A stretch of 64,000 nt of DNA, taken from NCBI GenBank assembly GCA_038871515.1, contig JAVZHX010000001.1, forward strand, positions 416,001 to 480,000. Direction: 5' to 3'. Below are positions 29,336 through 38,705 of this stretch, one piece after another (position 1 is the stretch's first letter; the number at the start of each line of letters is the position of its first letter). Made by a program: the position numbers and the translations under genes. This stretch comes from Candidatus Micrarchaeia archaeon (GTDB taxonomy: Archaea; Micrarchaeota; Micrarchaeia; Burarchaeales; Fermentimicrarchaeaceae). The notes under the pieces were generated by a model. The model saw nothing but the letters and a program-made list of their open reading frames with translations. It was not told the DNA's origin and did not search any database.

Positions 29336-29683
29336 ATGGGTCGAGCTATTCGTAATAACAAAAATAATAAGTGGTCCCTTATTCACATTATAACAAAACC
29401 CCAGAATAAAGCCATAATCCAGCTACTCTCAGATAAAAAACCAAGAATGCCAGTACAAATTTGTAAAGAATTAAGCAAAAGTTTTCCCAAAGCCACGTTA
29501 TATCTCGCAATGAAAGAACTAGCTAAGAGAAAGTTTCTAGTCCCAATGATAATTGAGAACAAAACTAAACCTTGGAGAAGCTTAACAGAAATTTTGGGTT
29601 ATACTCTGGATGAGGATCTCTACGCAATAATAAAAACTTTAGATGAAGTCGATGAAAAAGCTGGGCGCATATCAAATAAATAA
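29336..29683 (+). CDS. Small winged-helix protein
   Basis: IIQLLS...ICKELS...KATLYLAMKELAKRKFL helix-turn-helix pattern. Confidence 0.55.
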   Translation: MGRAIRNNKNNKWSLIHIITKPQNKAIIQLLSDKKPRMPVQICKELSKSFPKATLYLAMKELAKRKFLVPMIIENKTKPWRSLTEILGYTLDEDLYAIIKTLDEVDEKAGRISNK

Positions 29684-30502
29684 CTATTTTTTCGAAACCA
29701 CAACGTACGCGTAGTCGCCCTCTATTATTCTATCTATCTTTAATCCCGCTAGCTTATGCAAATCCTTTATCTCTTTCTTACTCCATCTATGAGAAGCGAA
29801 GACCTTTTTATCTCCCACATAGGCAGCTATATCCTGACTTACTTCATCATATGTTATTATCGGTGGGCTACCAAATATCTCAACAACTGGATCCCATATC
29901 CAATTCTGAAAACTGTAGTCTATAAGCTCAAGATACTTCATAATATCATAACCACGTGGTCTAAGATGGATGGGTATCCTTTTAATGGCCGTGCTATCTA
30001 TTTTCATGTCCTGTGGTAACTTATAAAGCATCAAAACTATTCTATCTTCATCATTCATCAACATCCTCACTTTTCTTAAGACCCTTAGTCTATCTCTTGG
30101 TGGGAAATTACCCAACGTATTCACCAAACAGATAAAAATTATTGGATGAACCCTATTTTTAATGAACCTTTTTGTTCTACTCAGATCTCTAAAATCTTCA
30201 TGAATAAGCACTACCCGTTTAAGATATCTTTTAGCAACATTCTTACAGAAATCTAACATATACTTCGAGAAATCTACTCCAATAATTGTGTGGATGTTTT
30301 TTATTTTATCTAGCCACTCCAACTCCCTACCTGGCCCTATTCCAAGATCTACTACAATTTTTTCACTATTTGGATGATAGCTATTTATAAAATCAACCAA
30401 ATGCCTTTCATCAATAATATCTAATTTCTTCTGGTAAGCTTTATAAAAAGCTTCGGGAGCTTTAACAGATCTGTACAAGTCTACCCATTCATATTTTTTC
30501 AC
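29684..30502 (-). CDS. Class I SAM-dependent methyltransferase (EgtD-like motifs), intact copy
   Basis: Motifs VDLGIGPG, GVDFS..ML, EDF, NTLGNF, SHRW. Confidence 0.8.
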   Translation of the reverse strand: MKKYEWVDLYRSVKAPEAFYKAYQKKLDIIDERHLVDFINSYHPNSEKIVVDLGIGPGRELEWLDKIKNIHTIIGVDFSKYMLDFCKNVAKRYLKRVVLIHEDFRDLSRTKRFIKNRVHPIIFICLVNTLGNFPPRDRLRVLRKVRMLMNDEDRIVLMLYKLPQDMKIDSTAIKRIPIHLRPRGYDIMKYLELIDYSFQNWIWDPVVEIFGSPPIITYDEVSQDIAAYVGDKKVFASHRWSKKEIKDLHKLAGLKIDRIIEGDYAYVVVSKK

Positions 30503-30506
30503 AAAA

Positions 30507-31106
30507 TCACTTCAAATGTTTAAGAGGTAACTTAACATTTTTAACATACTCCATCGGTGATGGTACTTCAACAGGATCAAAGAACCATTTTCCTTTCAGC
30601 TCAAAAGGTCGTATACTCCATATTTTTTCTATCCACCCCTGTTTAATCAATGTTTCTCCAAATTCCTGGTACTCATTCAAATCCTGCGTAGTAATTATCA
30701 AAAGCAGATCCCATTCAGTGCCTTGGAGAGCGTAAGCCTGTCGTATTATATTTATCCCCAATTCCCGTTCAGTTTCCTTTAGTTTTTCTATAATTTCTGT
30801 CCATCCTCTCGGATAGTTTATTTCAACTCCAATAACCGGTGGAGAAAGATTAGCCTTAACCATTACGATTAAGTATTCATCCCATAATTTGATTGGATCA
30901 ATAAGTGCAGAATTTGTTTTTAAAATTACACCTTTTTTACTTAAGATTGAAATCCTATCTTTAACCTCATCCTTATTTATTCTCAATTTTTTTGCTATAT
31001 CGCTCACTTCTCGATCTGTCAGATCTCTACCTGCTAGAAGTAATTTAAGTATCCGCAAATCTACTTCATCTAATTTTTCCCGGATTACTTTTTTCCATAT
31101 ACCCAT
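30507..31106 (-). CDS. Lrp/AsnC-like transcriptional regulator
   Basis: LDEVDLRIL and GTEWDLLL; start set at MGIWKK by comparison with the paralogue. Confidence 0.75.
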   Translation of the reverse strand: MGIWKKVIREKLDEVDLRILKLLLAGRDLTDREVSDIAKKLRINKDEVKDRISILSKKGVILKTNSALIDPIKLWDEYLIVMVKANLSPPVIGVEINYPRGWTEIIEKLKETERELGINIIRQAYALQGTEWDLLLIITTQDLNEYQEFGETLIKQGWIEKIWSIRPFELKGKWFFDPVEVPSPMEYVKNVKLPLKHLK

Positions 31107-31266
31107 ATTCTCCCATATTTTCTCTCCTTCCAAGTTAAAAATCTTTTGTTTGTTAACCACACGACTAGCTCCCGAATTCCCGCAAATCACTTAGAGATAC
31201 CCAACAAACAGATGCATAATTTATAAAGCAAATACAGTAATCTACCAATAATCATCAACCAACAAC

Positions 31267-31722
31267 TCAACCAAGTGGTTTCGCCACAAACCTTCTTTTT
31301 CCTAAATTTTCTAACTCTTCTACTAACCATTGTTTACCGATACGACTTTGAATAACTCTCCTCAACTCATCTTCAAGATTTTCCTTATTTGTATATGCTG
31401 CGTATTCTCCGATACATTCTGAGCGAATTTTTACCAATTTAGCATCTAAATTAAAATCTGCATTAAATTTTACTAATATATCCTCTTTGAATCCACCCCA
31501 TTTCCTTTCCTTCCCGCTCATCTTCAATTGCCAGTTTATCATTTTATCATGCTTCAAAGAAATTTTAGTTTCTTTCACCCCTTCTTCATCCTCTTTCCTA
31601 CCCACCAACAGAGTCCTGTTCTCCTCTAAACTATGTGGCTCTTTCTTGAGACTTATTCCAAAAACCATTGCTTCATCTTTTGCCGAAGATTTTCTTAAAC
31701 CCTGCATACTATTAAATCTCAT
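31267..31722 (-). CDS. Hypothetical protein, paralogue of 24188-24622
   Basis: Shared motifs with 24188-24622. Confidence 0.7.
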   Translation of the reverse strand: MRFNSMQGLRKSSAKDEAMVFGISLKKEPHSLEENRTLLVGRKEDEEGVKETKISLKHDKMINWQLKMSGKERKWGGFKEDILVKFNADFNLDAKLVKIRSECIGEYAAYTNKENLEDELRRVIQSRIGKQWLVEELENLGKRRFVAKPLG

Positions 31723-31814
31723 TTTATATATTTAAAATAATAAGTCAATTGAAATACCAAAGAAGAAATAGGCAAATTTATTTATATCTCCCAACAATAG
31801 TCTAATGAGCTACT

Positions 31815-32174
31815 ATGCCAGAAACAATGGAAAGTGTTTTGGATGATTTACTAAAAGAGGAGGATATACTAGCAGTAATGCTTGCCAGAAAAAATGAAGT
31901 TTCGATAAGACCTTCTCCTGACAAATTTAAGTTAAAAAACCCCGCGATATTTAATATACTGCAATCGACAATGGACGAATTTTTTACAGTGATAGAGAAA
32001 TTTTCAGAGCAAGGGTTAGATAAAGTCTATTTTGAACTTGGTGATTACGAAGTAATGTTTTTCCTCATATCCGGAGGTACCGCTTTGGTAGCGATAATAC
32101 CTGCGTTAGCTAATAAAGGTTTACTGGAAGTTGAAATGGAAAATGCACGAAGAGCAATCAAGAAAATGATATGA
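31815..32174 (+). CDS. Roadblock/LC7-like protein
   Basis: 119 aa with VLDDLL....I..VML, LVAI, N.GLLEVEME..R..I pattern. Confidence 0.6.
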   Translation: MPETMESVLDDLLKEEDILAVMLARKNEVSIRPSPDKFKLKNPAIFNILQSTMDEFFTVIEKFSEQGLDKVYFELGDYEVMFFLISGGTALVAIIPALANKGLLEVEMENARRAIKKMI

Positions 32175-33455
32175 GTGGTCCTTATGGTTTTTGAAACTCT
32201 TACAGTAATAAGTCGTAATTTTAATGCATATGAAGCTGGTGAAGAAATCGGGAGACAGATCATAGAAAAACTTAAAAAAAATCCTACATTTATTCTACTT
32301 TTTTCAACAATTCATTATGAAAAATACGGAGGCTTTCAAAAATTCCTGGATTCTATAAATATGCAATTACCACAAAAAACTCCAATTATAGGTGGTACCG
32401 TAGCGGGTTTTATGGATAATACTGGTTGCTATAGTAGAGGAGCCGTCGCACTTGCCGTTTATTCTAATGAAATTAAAATAGCAGTTGGAGTTGGCCATAA
32501 CACTAAAAAAAATCCTAAAAAAGCAGCAGAAGAATGCGCCCAAATGATAAAGCAAAACCTTAACATCAAGGAAAACAATATCGTCTCATTATTATTTACA
32601 TCTGGACCGACTAAACCAATATTCCCAATCATCGGTAAAAAATGGGTTATAAAATCCGGCTTAGTTAGCCATTTTTCAGTTCCTTTTTTTGAATTATCAA
32701 CTCGGATACTCCAATTAGGTTATGGCAGAGAAGAAGAAGTCTTTCGAGAATTAGTATCTCTGCTCCCCAATTCCTACTTCTTAGGTGCTTCTTGTTCCGA
32801 TAATAATCAAGTCTTACGCAATTTCCAGTTTTTCAATAATTCTGTTTTTACTAACTCAGCAGTCATATTAACAATGTCAACTAAAAACACCCCCACCATC
32901 TCTAGTATCCATGGTTTATTACCAACCAATCGTAAAATACACATCACAAGAAAAAGTTCCGGAGGACGCATAATATCTAAAATTAATGGAAAATCTGCAA
33001 CAAGAAAGTATCTGGAGGCGATAGGGTTACCAGAGGATATGATAGATGAACAATTACATCGAAAAAGTTTTTTCTATCCTCTTGCATACAAGAATTTAGA
33101 TGGTAAAATATGCCCCGCCGCAGTTGGAGCTTACCTTAAGGACTCGTTCTCCTTTTCCTATGGAGTTGAATCTGACGAATTAGAATTAATGGCCTTCTCT
33201 GGAAGGAGTATGGCTGAGAATGTAGACTCAATCATACAAAACGAAATAAAAAAATCAATCAAATTTCTTTTCGGTGTAATTTGTTGCTCTTGGCTTGAGA
33301 CGTTGGGAAGCGGGATTTTCAGAATAAATGAAAAGATTAGTTCAAGACTGTCAAAGCCTTATCTTTTTATATTCTCTCTTGGAGAAGAAATTTATGCGCC
33401 CGGTCAGCATCCCTGTCACCTAAATGAAACTTTTAATACTCTAACTCTAAGCTGA
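32175..33455 (+). CDS. FIST-domain sensory protein
   Basis: Motifs AGEEI, LLFST, IIGGTVAG, INGKSA...Y, C..W, GEE. Confidence 0.75.
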   Translation: MVLMVFETLTVISRNFNAYEAGEEIGRQIIEKLKKNPTFILLFSTIHYEKYGGFQKFLDSINMQLPQKTPIIGGTVAGFMDNTGCYSRGAVALAVYSNEIKIAVGVGHNTKKNPKKAAEECAQMIKQNLNIKENNIVSLLFTSGPTKPIFPIIGKKWVIKSGLVSHFSVPFFELSTRILQLGYGREEEVFRELVSLLPNSYFLGASCSDNNQVLRNFQFFNNSVFTNSAVILTMSTKNTPTISSIHGLLPTNRKIHITRKSSGGRIISKINGKSATRKYLEAIGLPEDMIDEQLHRKSFFYPLAYKNLDGKICPAAVGAYLKDSFSFSYGVESDELELMAFSGRSMAENVDSIIQNEIKKSIKFLFGVICCSWLETLGSGIFRINEKISSRLSKPYLFIFSLGEEIYAPGQHPCHLNETFNTLTLS

Positions 33456-34598
33456 CTTCAAAATTTTTTCAGTTAACTCCCAATCTCTTAACAATACCAT
33501 TTTATCAAATTCCATTGCTGAAAATGAATTAGACATCAGTCCTAAAAGTAGCAAATACTTTTTTCTTCGTTTTATCCCCATTGCCTTATACACGCAATCC
33601 ATAATTATTTTAGACTTCTTTATAAATGGAATTTTTTTATCTACCAATCTCTCATATTCCATTTCCTTGTCAGTCCCTATAATCCTCCCCAATATGGTCC
33701 CGCATATAATCGCAGGTATAAAACCTTCAACAAATGGCTTAATATTTTGATTTGCAGCGTCACCAACTACAAAGAGATTATCATAATTATATCTTGTCTT
33801 TGGGTCTCTAAATGGAGCAATTTTACTCTTTTCCACTATTCTTATTGAATTCTTTGTTTGGTTCTTCAACCATCTGTTTTTGATTAACTTATCAAAACAT
33901 TTTTTTAAATTTATATTCGGTGACAAAGAAGCAACACCCACATTCGCACTATTTTCGTTTTTAGGAAAAACATAACCAAATGTATTAGGAATGTACCCCC
34001 CAAAATAGAATTGTTCTAGATTACTTTCACTTAGATTCATATTACTCAATTCCCAACTATAAACATTTAAATGTCCATTACTCATTTTGTTACAAACTCC
34101 CATTTTTTCAAGAACTAAAGAAGGATATCCATCAGCAGCAATAAAATACTCCGCTCTAAAACGGCACTTTCCACATTTTTTCCTCACCATTACTTCTTTT
34201 ATGCCAATTCCTTTCTTGTAGAAAACATCTATTACTTCAGTATTAGTTAACAAATCAACTCCGGCTTCTTCAGCGTTTTTAGCTAACCACTCCTCCACTT
34301 TCCTTCTATCTATTGAGTAACCACTCCACTCTTTGCCTCTTTTAACAACTTCGATATTATCATATTTAAAACTCAATCCATCTATCCGCCATTCAAGAAA
34401 CTCTGAAGGAATTTCAAATGGCATACGATCTAAAACATAATCACTAACGGCCTCTCCACAACGTACTGGATTCCCAATTTCGTTTTTTTTCTCAATACAC
34501 AACACTCTTCTACCTCTTTTTGCTACCGTCTTTGCCGCGCTTAAACCTGCAGGTCCACCACCAACAACAATTACATCATACTTTTCCATCATTACCAC
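33447..34598 (-). CDS. Geranylgeranyl-reductase-family FAD oxidoreductase
   Basis: Motifs VVGGGPAG, CGEA, IDRR, AADG..S, YVFPK, VGDAA. Confidence 0.85.
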   Translation of the reverse strand: MVMMEKYDVIVVGGGPAGLSAAKTVAKRGRRVLCIEKKNEIGNPVRCGEAVSDYVLDRMPFEIPSEFLEWRIDGLSFKYDNIEVVKRGKEWSGYSIDRRKVEEWLAKNAEEAGVDLLTNTEVIDVFYKKGIGIKEVMVRKKCGKCRFRAEYFIAADGYPSLVLEKMGVCNKMSNGHLNVYSWELSNMNLSESNLEQFYFGGYIPNTFGYVFPKNENSANVGVASLSPNINLKKCFDKLIKNRWLKNQTKNSIRIVEKSKIAPFRDPKTRYNYDNLFVVGDAANQNIKPFVEGFIPAIICGTILGRIIGTDKEMEYERLVDKKIPFIKKSKIIMDCVYKAMGIKRRKKYLLLLGLMSNSFSAMEFDKMVLLRDWELTEKILKSA

Positions 34599-35647
34599 CC
34601 ATACTTATGGGCTAGCTCAAAGGTTTTTGCAAAATTTTTATATTTTTGGGAATGAGATTCCCCAATTGCCTTTATCATTTCCATCAATTGCCTATTGTTC
34701 ATTTTCTCAAGTCTTGTAAAAACATGCATATACCATCTACCATTGTAATTTGAACTCTTCCATTTTGTTTCATACAATGCAGGATTGCCTCGAAGTATAG
34801 CCTCGGCAGCATATTTCCCAGCAATCATACCACTTCTTATACCCCCCTTCGTTATCGGATTTGTCTGAAAAGCAGCATCTCCAATAAACAATACCCTCCC
34901 AACATGATACTTATCCATACCCCCATACCCAACAACTCTAGAATGCCTCTCTAAAATTACTTTTTCCCCCACCTCTTCTTTAACATTAATATTTTTAAAT
35001 AAAGGGAAGCCTATTTTTGTGGTTTTTCCGTTTGGGAATACCCATTTATAATCCCCGCAGTACTTTTGATCGTATATAAATAGTAGAGTCCCATGTCCAA
35101 CTTCATTTCCAACTACGATAAATTGCGCAAATAGTCTTTTCAACCCGCCCGAGCTCCCTAGACATTTTCTAATTATTGAGTTAGTACCGTCTGCGGCTAT
35201 CACATAATCAAACTTCTCCCTCCCCTCTAAAAAACTAACAATTGGTTTCTCGTACGGCTTTTCAATTCCAACGACAGTTTTATTCTGAAAATGTCCCCCT
35301 AGCCTTTGAAACTTATTAATTACATTATTCAAAAAACATCTTCTATCAATTAGATACCCATCCGTTTTGATATCCAACTTAAACCCACCCGGATAAACAT
35401 CTCTAATTAAATCTACTTTCTCTATAACTCCATAGGGTCTTATTGGCTCTAGTTCCTGAAAAGCTTTTTTACTAATTCCCTCTCCACACATTTTATGATA
35501 CTTCTTATAATGATTCTTCTTAAGTTTCTCTACGAGAGTTACTACCATCCTTTCATCTTTATCTAAAAATTTTAAGAAAAAAGCAGCACTCACTCCGCTA
35601 GGTCCCGCACCGACCACTAATACTCTACATTTTTCCATCTCAATCAC
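34592..35647 (-). CDS. Geranylgeranyl-reductase-family FAD oxidoreductase
   Basis: Motifs VVGAGPSG, CGEG, AADG.NS, Y.WVFP, GDAA...NPITKGGI. Confidence 0.85.
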   Translation of the reverse strand: MIEMEKCRVLVVGAGPSGVSAAFFLKFLDKDERMVVTLVEKLKKNHYKKYHKMCGEGISKKAFQELEPIRPYGVIEKVDLIRDVYPGGFKLDIKTDGYLIDRRCFLNNVINKFQRLGGHFQNKTVVGIEKPYEKPIVSFLEGREKFDYVIAADGTNSIIRKCLGSSGGLKRLFAQFIVVGNEVGHGTLLFIYDQKYCGDYKWVFPNGKTTKIGFPLFKNINVKEEVGEKVILERHSRVVGYGGMDKYHVGRVLFIGDAAFQTNPITKGGIRSGMIAGKYAAEAILRGNPALYETKWKSSNYNGRWYMHVFTRLEKMNNRQLMEMIKAIGESHSQKYKNFAKTFELAHKYGW

Positions 35648-35761
35648 ATTGTTATATACTATAATTCTTAAGAATAAATAAACTTACTAATTATTTAACC
35701 CACACAAAATTTTGATAACCAATATATCATAATTTTATTTCAAAAATCCCCAACGTACAAA

Positions 35762-36433
35762 TCAATCATCCATCCTCCATATTCCATTTTCTCCTGCCCT
35801 CACCTCAATCTGTCTAACAATTATCTCATCCGGCGTATCTATCATCAAAAATTCATACTGCGCCCTTATTAATCTATTTGCATACCCCCCAACGATATGA
35901 TACGCCAAATCAAAAAACATGAATGCCGCAAAGTAAATCGGTTCAAACATCCCTCCAAGAACTAAAAGCAACATCACCACTTCCATACTTACTCTGTAAT
36001 GAAAGAATGTTTTCAGAGTTTTTGAATTTATCAACCCAAGGTCTGCCCTATTATTTCCCACCTCATCAACAATAGCACCGAAAACAAGCGCAGCTGTGGG
36101 AAGCCAGTTTATCACTATATTCCTTGTCAAGAAAAGTGGAACTGCAAAAGCCAGAATAGCTCCAATGAAAAACGGATTTGTATCTATCTTCCTGGTTATT
36201 GCAACCCCCATAATAACAGCAAGAAATATTGAGGATGCCTGAATATCTGAGCCAATCATATACCCCATTACAACCCCACAAACTAAACCAAGTACAACTG
36301 CAACTCTCCTGTCAAACACTCCCTCATCATACACGCAGTCAATATACTTCAACCCTGCCCCAAGAAAAGCAAAGCTAGCAAGCAAAAACCAATGCTCCAT
36401 ATCACCACATCTGGTCGCAGTTTTTTTATTCAC
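35762..36433 (-). CDS. Multi-pass membrane protein
   Basis: Hydrophobic segments with GLKYID..YD, KID, DEVGN. Confidence 0.7.
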   Translation of the reverse strand: MNKKTATRCGDMEHWFLLASFAFLGAGLKYIDCVYDEGVFDRRVAVVLGLVCGVVMGYMIGSDIQASSIFLAVIMGVAITRKIDTNPFFIGAILAFAVPLFLTRNIVINWLPTAALVFGAIVDEVGNNRADLGLINSKTLKTFFHYRVSMEVVMLLLVLGGMFEPIYFAAFMFFDLAYHIVGGYANRLIRAQYEFLMIDTPDEIIVRQIEVRAGENGIWRMDD

Positions 36434-36450
36434 TCCAAACTATTTATACT

Positions 36451-36900
36451 TTATGCTTTTGTCACCCTAAACCCATTCGTCACTCTCTTCACAAGCTTCT
36501 GGAATGCGCGCCCCCTATCCCTCAGCTCAACAAACAGCTGAGCAGAATTGTCACTTCGTATAATATCAACCACCCTCACCTCCCTTTTCACAGGCGCAAT
36601 AAGGGTGTCAATATCTGAGAAACGCCCCCTTCCCCCACCAGAAACAGTGATCATCCCTATACCCTTCATTATATAAAACTGAATATTCCCTCTCACCACC
36701 CTATCAAGTATCCCAACCGCCCTGTCGCACTCACTTTCCTTCACATAGAACTTCAGCTCATCCTCCTCCACTCCCACTCCATAAACATTTATACCTGCCT
36801 TGCCCAACGAGCCAAGCACCTCAATAAGCATCCTGCGATTTTTTGGATTTCCCTTAACCACAACATTTGCCAATGGGTGCTTCAGCATTCTCACTTCCAT
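36451..36900 (-). CDS. Stand-alone tandem ACT-domain protein (aspartokinase C-terminal-like)
   Basis: LG.LGKAGINV and IGMITVSGG patterns. Confidence 0.6.
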   Translation of the reverse strand: MEVRMLKHPLANVVVKGNPKNRRMLIEVLGSLGKAGINVYGVGVEEDELKFYVKESECDRAVGILDRVVRGNIQFYIMKGIGMITVSGGGRGRFSDIDTLIAPVKREVRVVDIIRSDNSAQLFVELRDRGRAFQKLVKRVTNGFRVTKA

Positions 36901-37037
36901 AACCAGTAATTACGAATAATGAATATTTAAAAACAACATATTCACTGGGAAGTTACCCCTGCAAGAGCTTTATAAGCGCGCCAATAACCATAATGGATGA
37001 AAGGAGGAAATGTTTAAATATATCATATGTGATATCA

Positions 37038-37303
37038 ATGTGGATATGGGAATGGAGAGGTAAACCTCTCTTCATCTCTGCACATGCGATGGACGAGCTG
37101 AAAAAGCTTAACTGGCGTATGGAAAGAGCCCTTGAAATCTTGGAAGATGGGCATACTGCACAACAAAGGATGAGAAAAACAAGGGAAAGATGGCCAGATG
37201 CCTAAGAATAGGAGGAAAAACCTACAGGGTTGTGGTTGGCGAATCTTACTCAATTCATTATAAATGTGAATGTTGGGTGCTGGTGCACGTGAAACCGGAG
37301 TAG
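37038..37303 (+). pseudogene. DUF4258/BrnT-like toxin candidate, frameshifted
   Basis: ISAHAMDEL...ILEDG continues in another frame as KTYRVVVGE...WVLVHVKPE*; span is 266 nt. Confidence 0.5.
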
Positions 37304-37308
37304 TCAAC

Positions 37309-37641
37309 ATGGTTGGTAGAAAAAAAAGCGAGATGGAATGGGAGAAAATGCGCTTCAAATGTCTAGAATGCGGAAGAGAGACAGAACCATTGAAAATAAC
37401 AAGAGAGGGAATTCCCATAAGGGTTTGGAAATGCCTACACTGCAACTTTGCGATAACACACCCAGAGGATGCTGAAAGACTGCTCCTCAAGGAAAAGGGA
37501 GTGAGAGCGACTGTTGGGAAGGTGGGCAGCCAAACCATAATACGAGTGCCCGCGGTGGTGAGGGAGTACTACCACCTTGACAGAATAAAGAAAATACTGC
37601 TCAAGCCAGTCAGCGATAAGAAGCTGGTAATTGAAATTTAG
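37309..37641 (+). CDS. Zinc-ribbon plus AbrB-like antitoxin candidate
   Basis: CLECG...WKCLHC followed by VGKVGSQTIIRVP. Confidence 0.65.
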   Translation: MVGRKKSEMEWEKMRFKCLECGRETEPLKITREGIPIRVWKCLHCNFAITHPEDAERLLLKEKGVRATVGKVGSQTIIRVPAVVREYYHLDRIKKILLKPVSDKKLVIEI

Positions 37642-37655
37642 AGCTCACAAATCTG

Positions 37656-38273
37656 CTATGGTTTTGCCATCCAAACATCAACCCCCCTCACCTTCACCCC
37701 CTCTCTCCTGAGCAACCTTTCAACCTCCCGAGAACTCCTTTGAGGAAAGAGAAGCGAGGCTATCCCTATTCTCAACCCGCCCAATTCCCTCACAAGCCCC
37801 TTCTTCTCACTCACGTACCTCCTCCCACCATAACTCTTCTCACTCCTCTTCCCAAAAAGCAGCCTGTTCACCCTATCCTTCTTCGCCTTCCCAAGCGCTT
37901 TCAAATCATATTTTATTATTCTATAAGGCTCCAAACCTAGCTTTCTCAGAGAAACATCCGGCATCTTACCTGAAATTACCTTTCCCTCCCTGAGAATTGT
38001 TTCAAGAAGTTGCCTGTTAACCCCACTCAATTTTGCGTTTAGGAAAACAACCTCTATGTTCACGTCATACTCTCCCTCCAGCTCCAAAATTCTCTTGGAA
38101 ACTGCCTCCTGCGCTCTGCCATCATCTAGCACAACAGCCAAATCCAAATCCGATCTCCTGTCTGCTTCGCCCCTTGCAACCGAGCCGAAGACAATTATGG
38201 AGGAAACTCCTCTCAAGCTGCCAACTTTCTTTCTTATCTCCTCTACAAGCTCTTTGAACCCCTTCTCAACCAC
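37656..38273 (-). CDS. Minimal nucleotidyltransferase (MNT) with an extra C-terminal domain
   Basis: FGSVARG...SDLDL; C-terminus IIKYDL...GIASLLFP resembles Cas2. Confidence 0.8.
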   Translation of the reverse strand: MVEKGFKELVEEIRKKVGSLRGVSSIIVFGSVARGEADRRSDLDLAVVLDDGRAQEAVSKRILELEGEYDVNIEVVFLNAKLSGVNRQLLETILREGKVISGKMPDVSLRKLGLEPYRIIKYDLKALGKAKKDRVNRLLFGKRSEKSYGGRRYVSEKKGLVRELGGLRIGIASLLFPQRSSREVERLLRREGVKVRGVDVWMAKP

Positions 38274-38634
38274 CTTTCAACACCTCCAAACACACCTCCT
38301 CCAGCTTCTTGAACTCCTTCTCAATTCTCTCCAAGTCAGCTTGGCTTCCCCTTCCACCATAAACAAATTTCGGCCTTAGCTGATTCTCTATTCTTTGGAA
38401 GCTCTCCCATACAACTCTTGTTTTCTCTCCGAATATGAAATCGTTTTCCTCCAGCATCCTCCTGACAAGCTGGTGCTTGTGTATGTGAACTCTGTTCTTT
38501 GCTGCGCATGCTTCCACCAAATGGTAGGCGGCCAGAAAATATGCTTCTGCTCTTGTTGCACTGAACAGATTTTTACTCTCCGCATCCCTCTTAAATTTCT
38601 CATACATCTCCTTGTGGGTTTGCATATCTGCCAA
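38266..38634 (-). CDS. HEPN-like protein
   Basis: EAYFLAAYHLVEA, H.H, R...VY; coupled to the MNT gene. Confidence 0.7.
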   Translation of the reverse strand: MADMQTHKEMYEKFKRDAESKNLFSATRAEAYFLAAYHLVEACAAKNRVHIHKHQLVRRMLEENDFIFGEKTRVVWESFQRIENQLRPKFVYGGRGSQADLERIEKEFKKLEEVCLEVLKGG

Positions 38635-38643
38635 CGAATCACC

Positions 38644-38705
38644 TTTCGGCAGATAATCTTACGAAATAGCAGTATATAAGCTTTTCGGCAGACTATCTTA
38701 CGAAA
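38644..38705. promoter_or_regulatory. Two 23-bp imperfect palindromes (38644-38666, 38683-38705) flanking the TATA box of the HEPN-MNT operon
   Basis: tttcggcagataatcttacgaaa and tttcggcagactatcttacgaaa on either side of TTATATA (minus strand). Confidence 0.75.
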
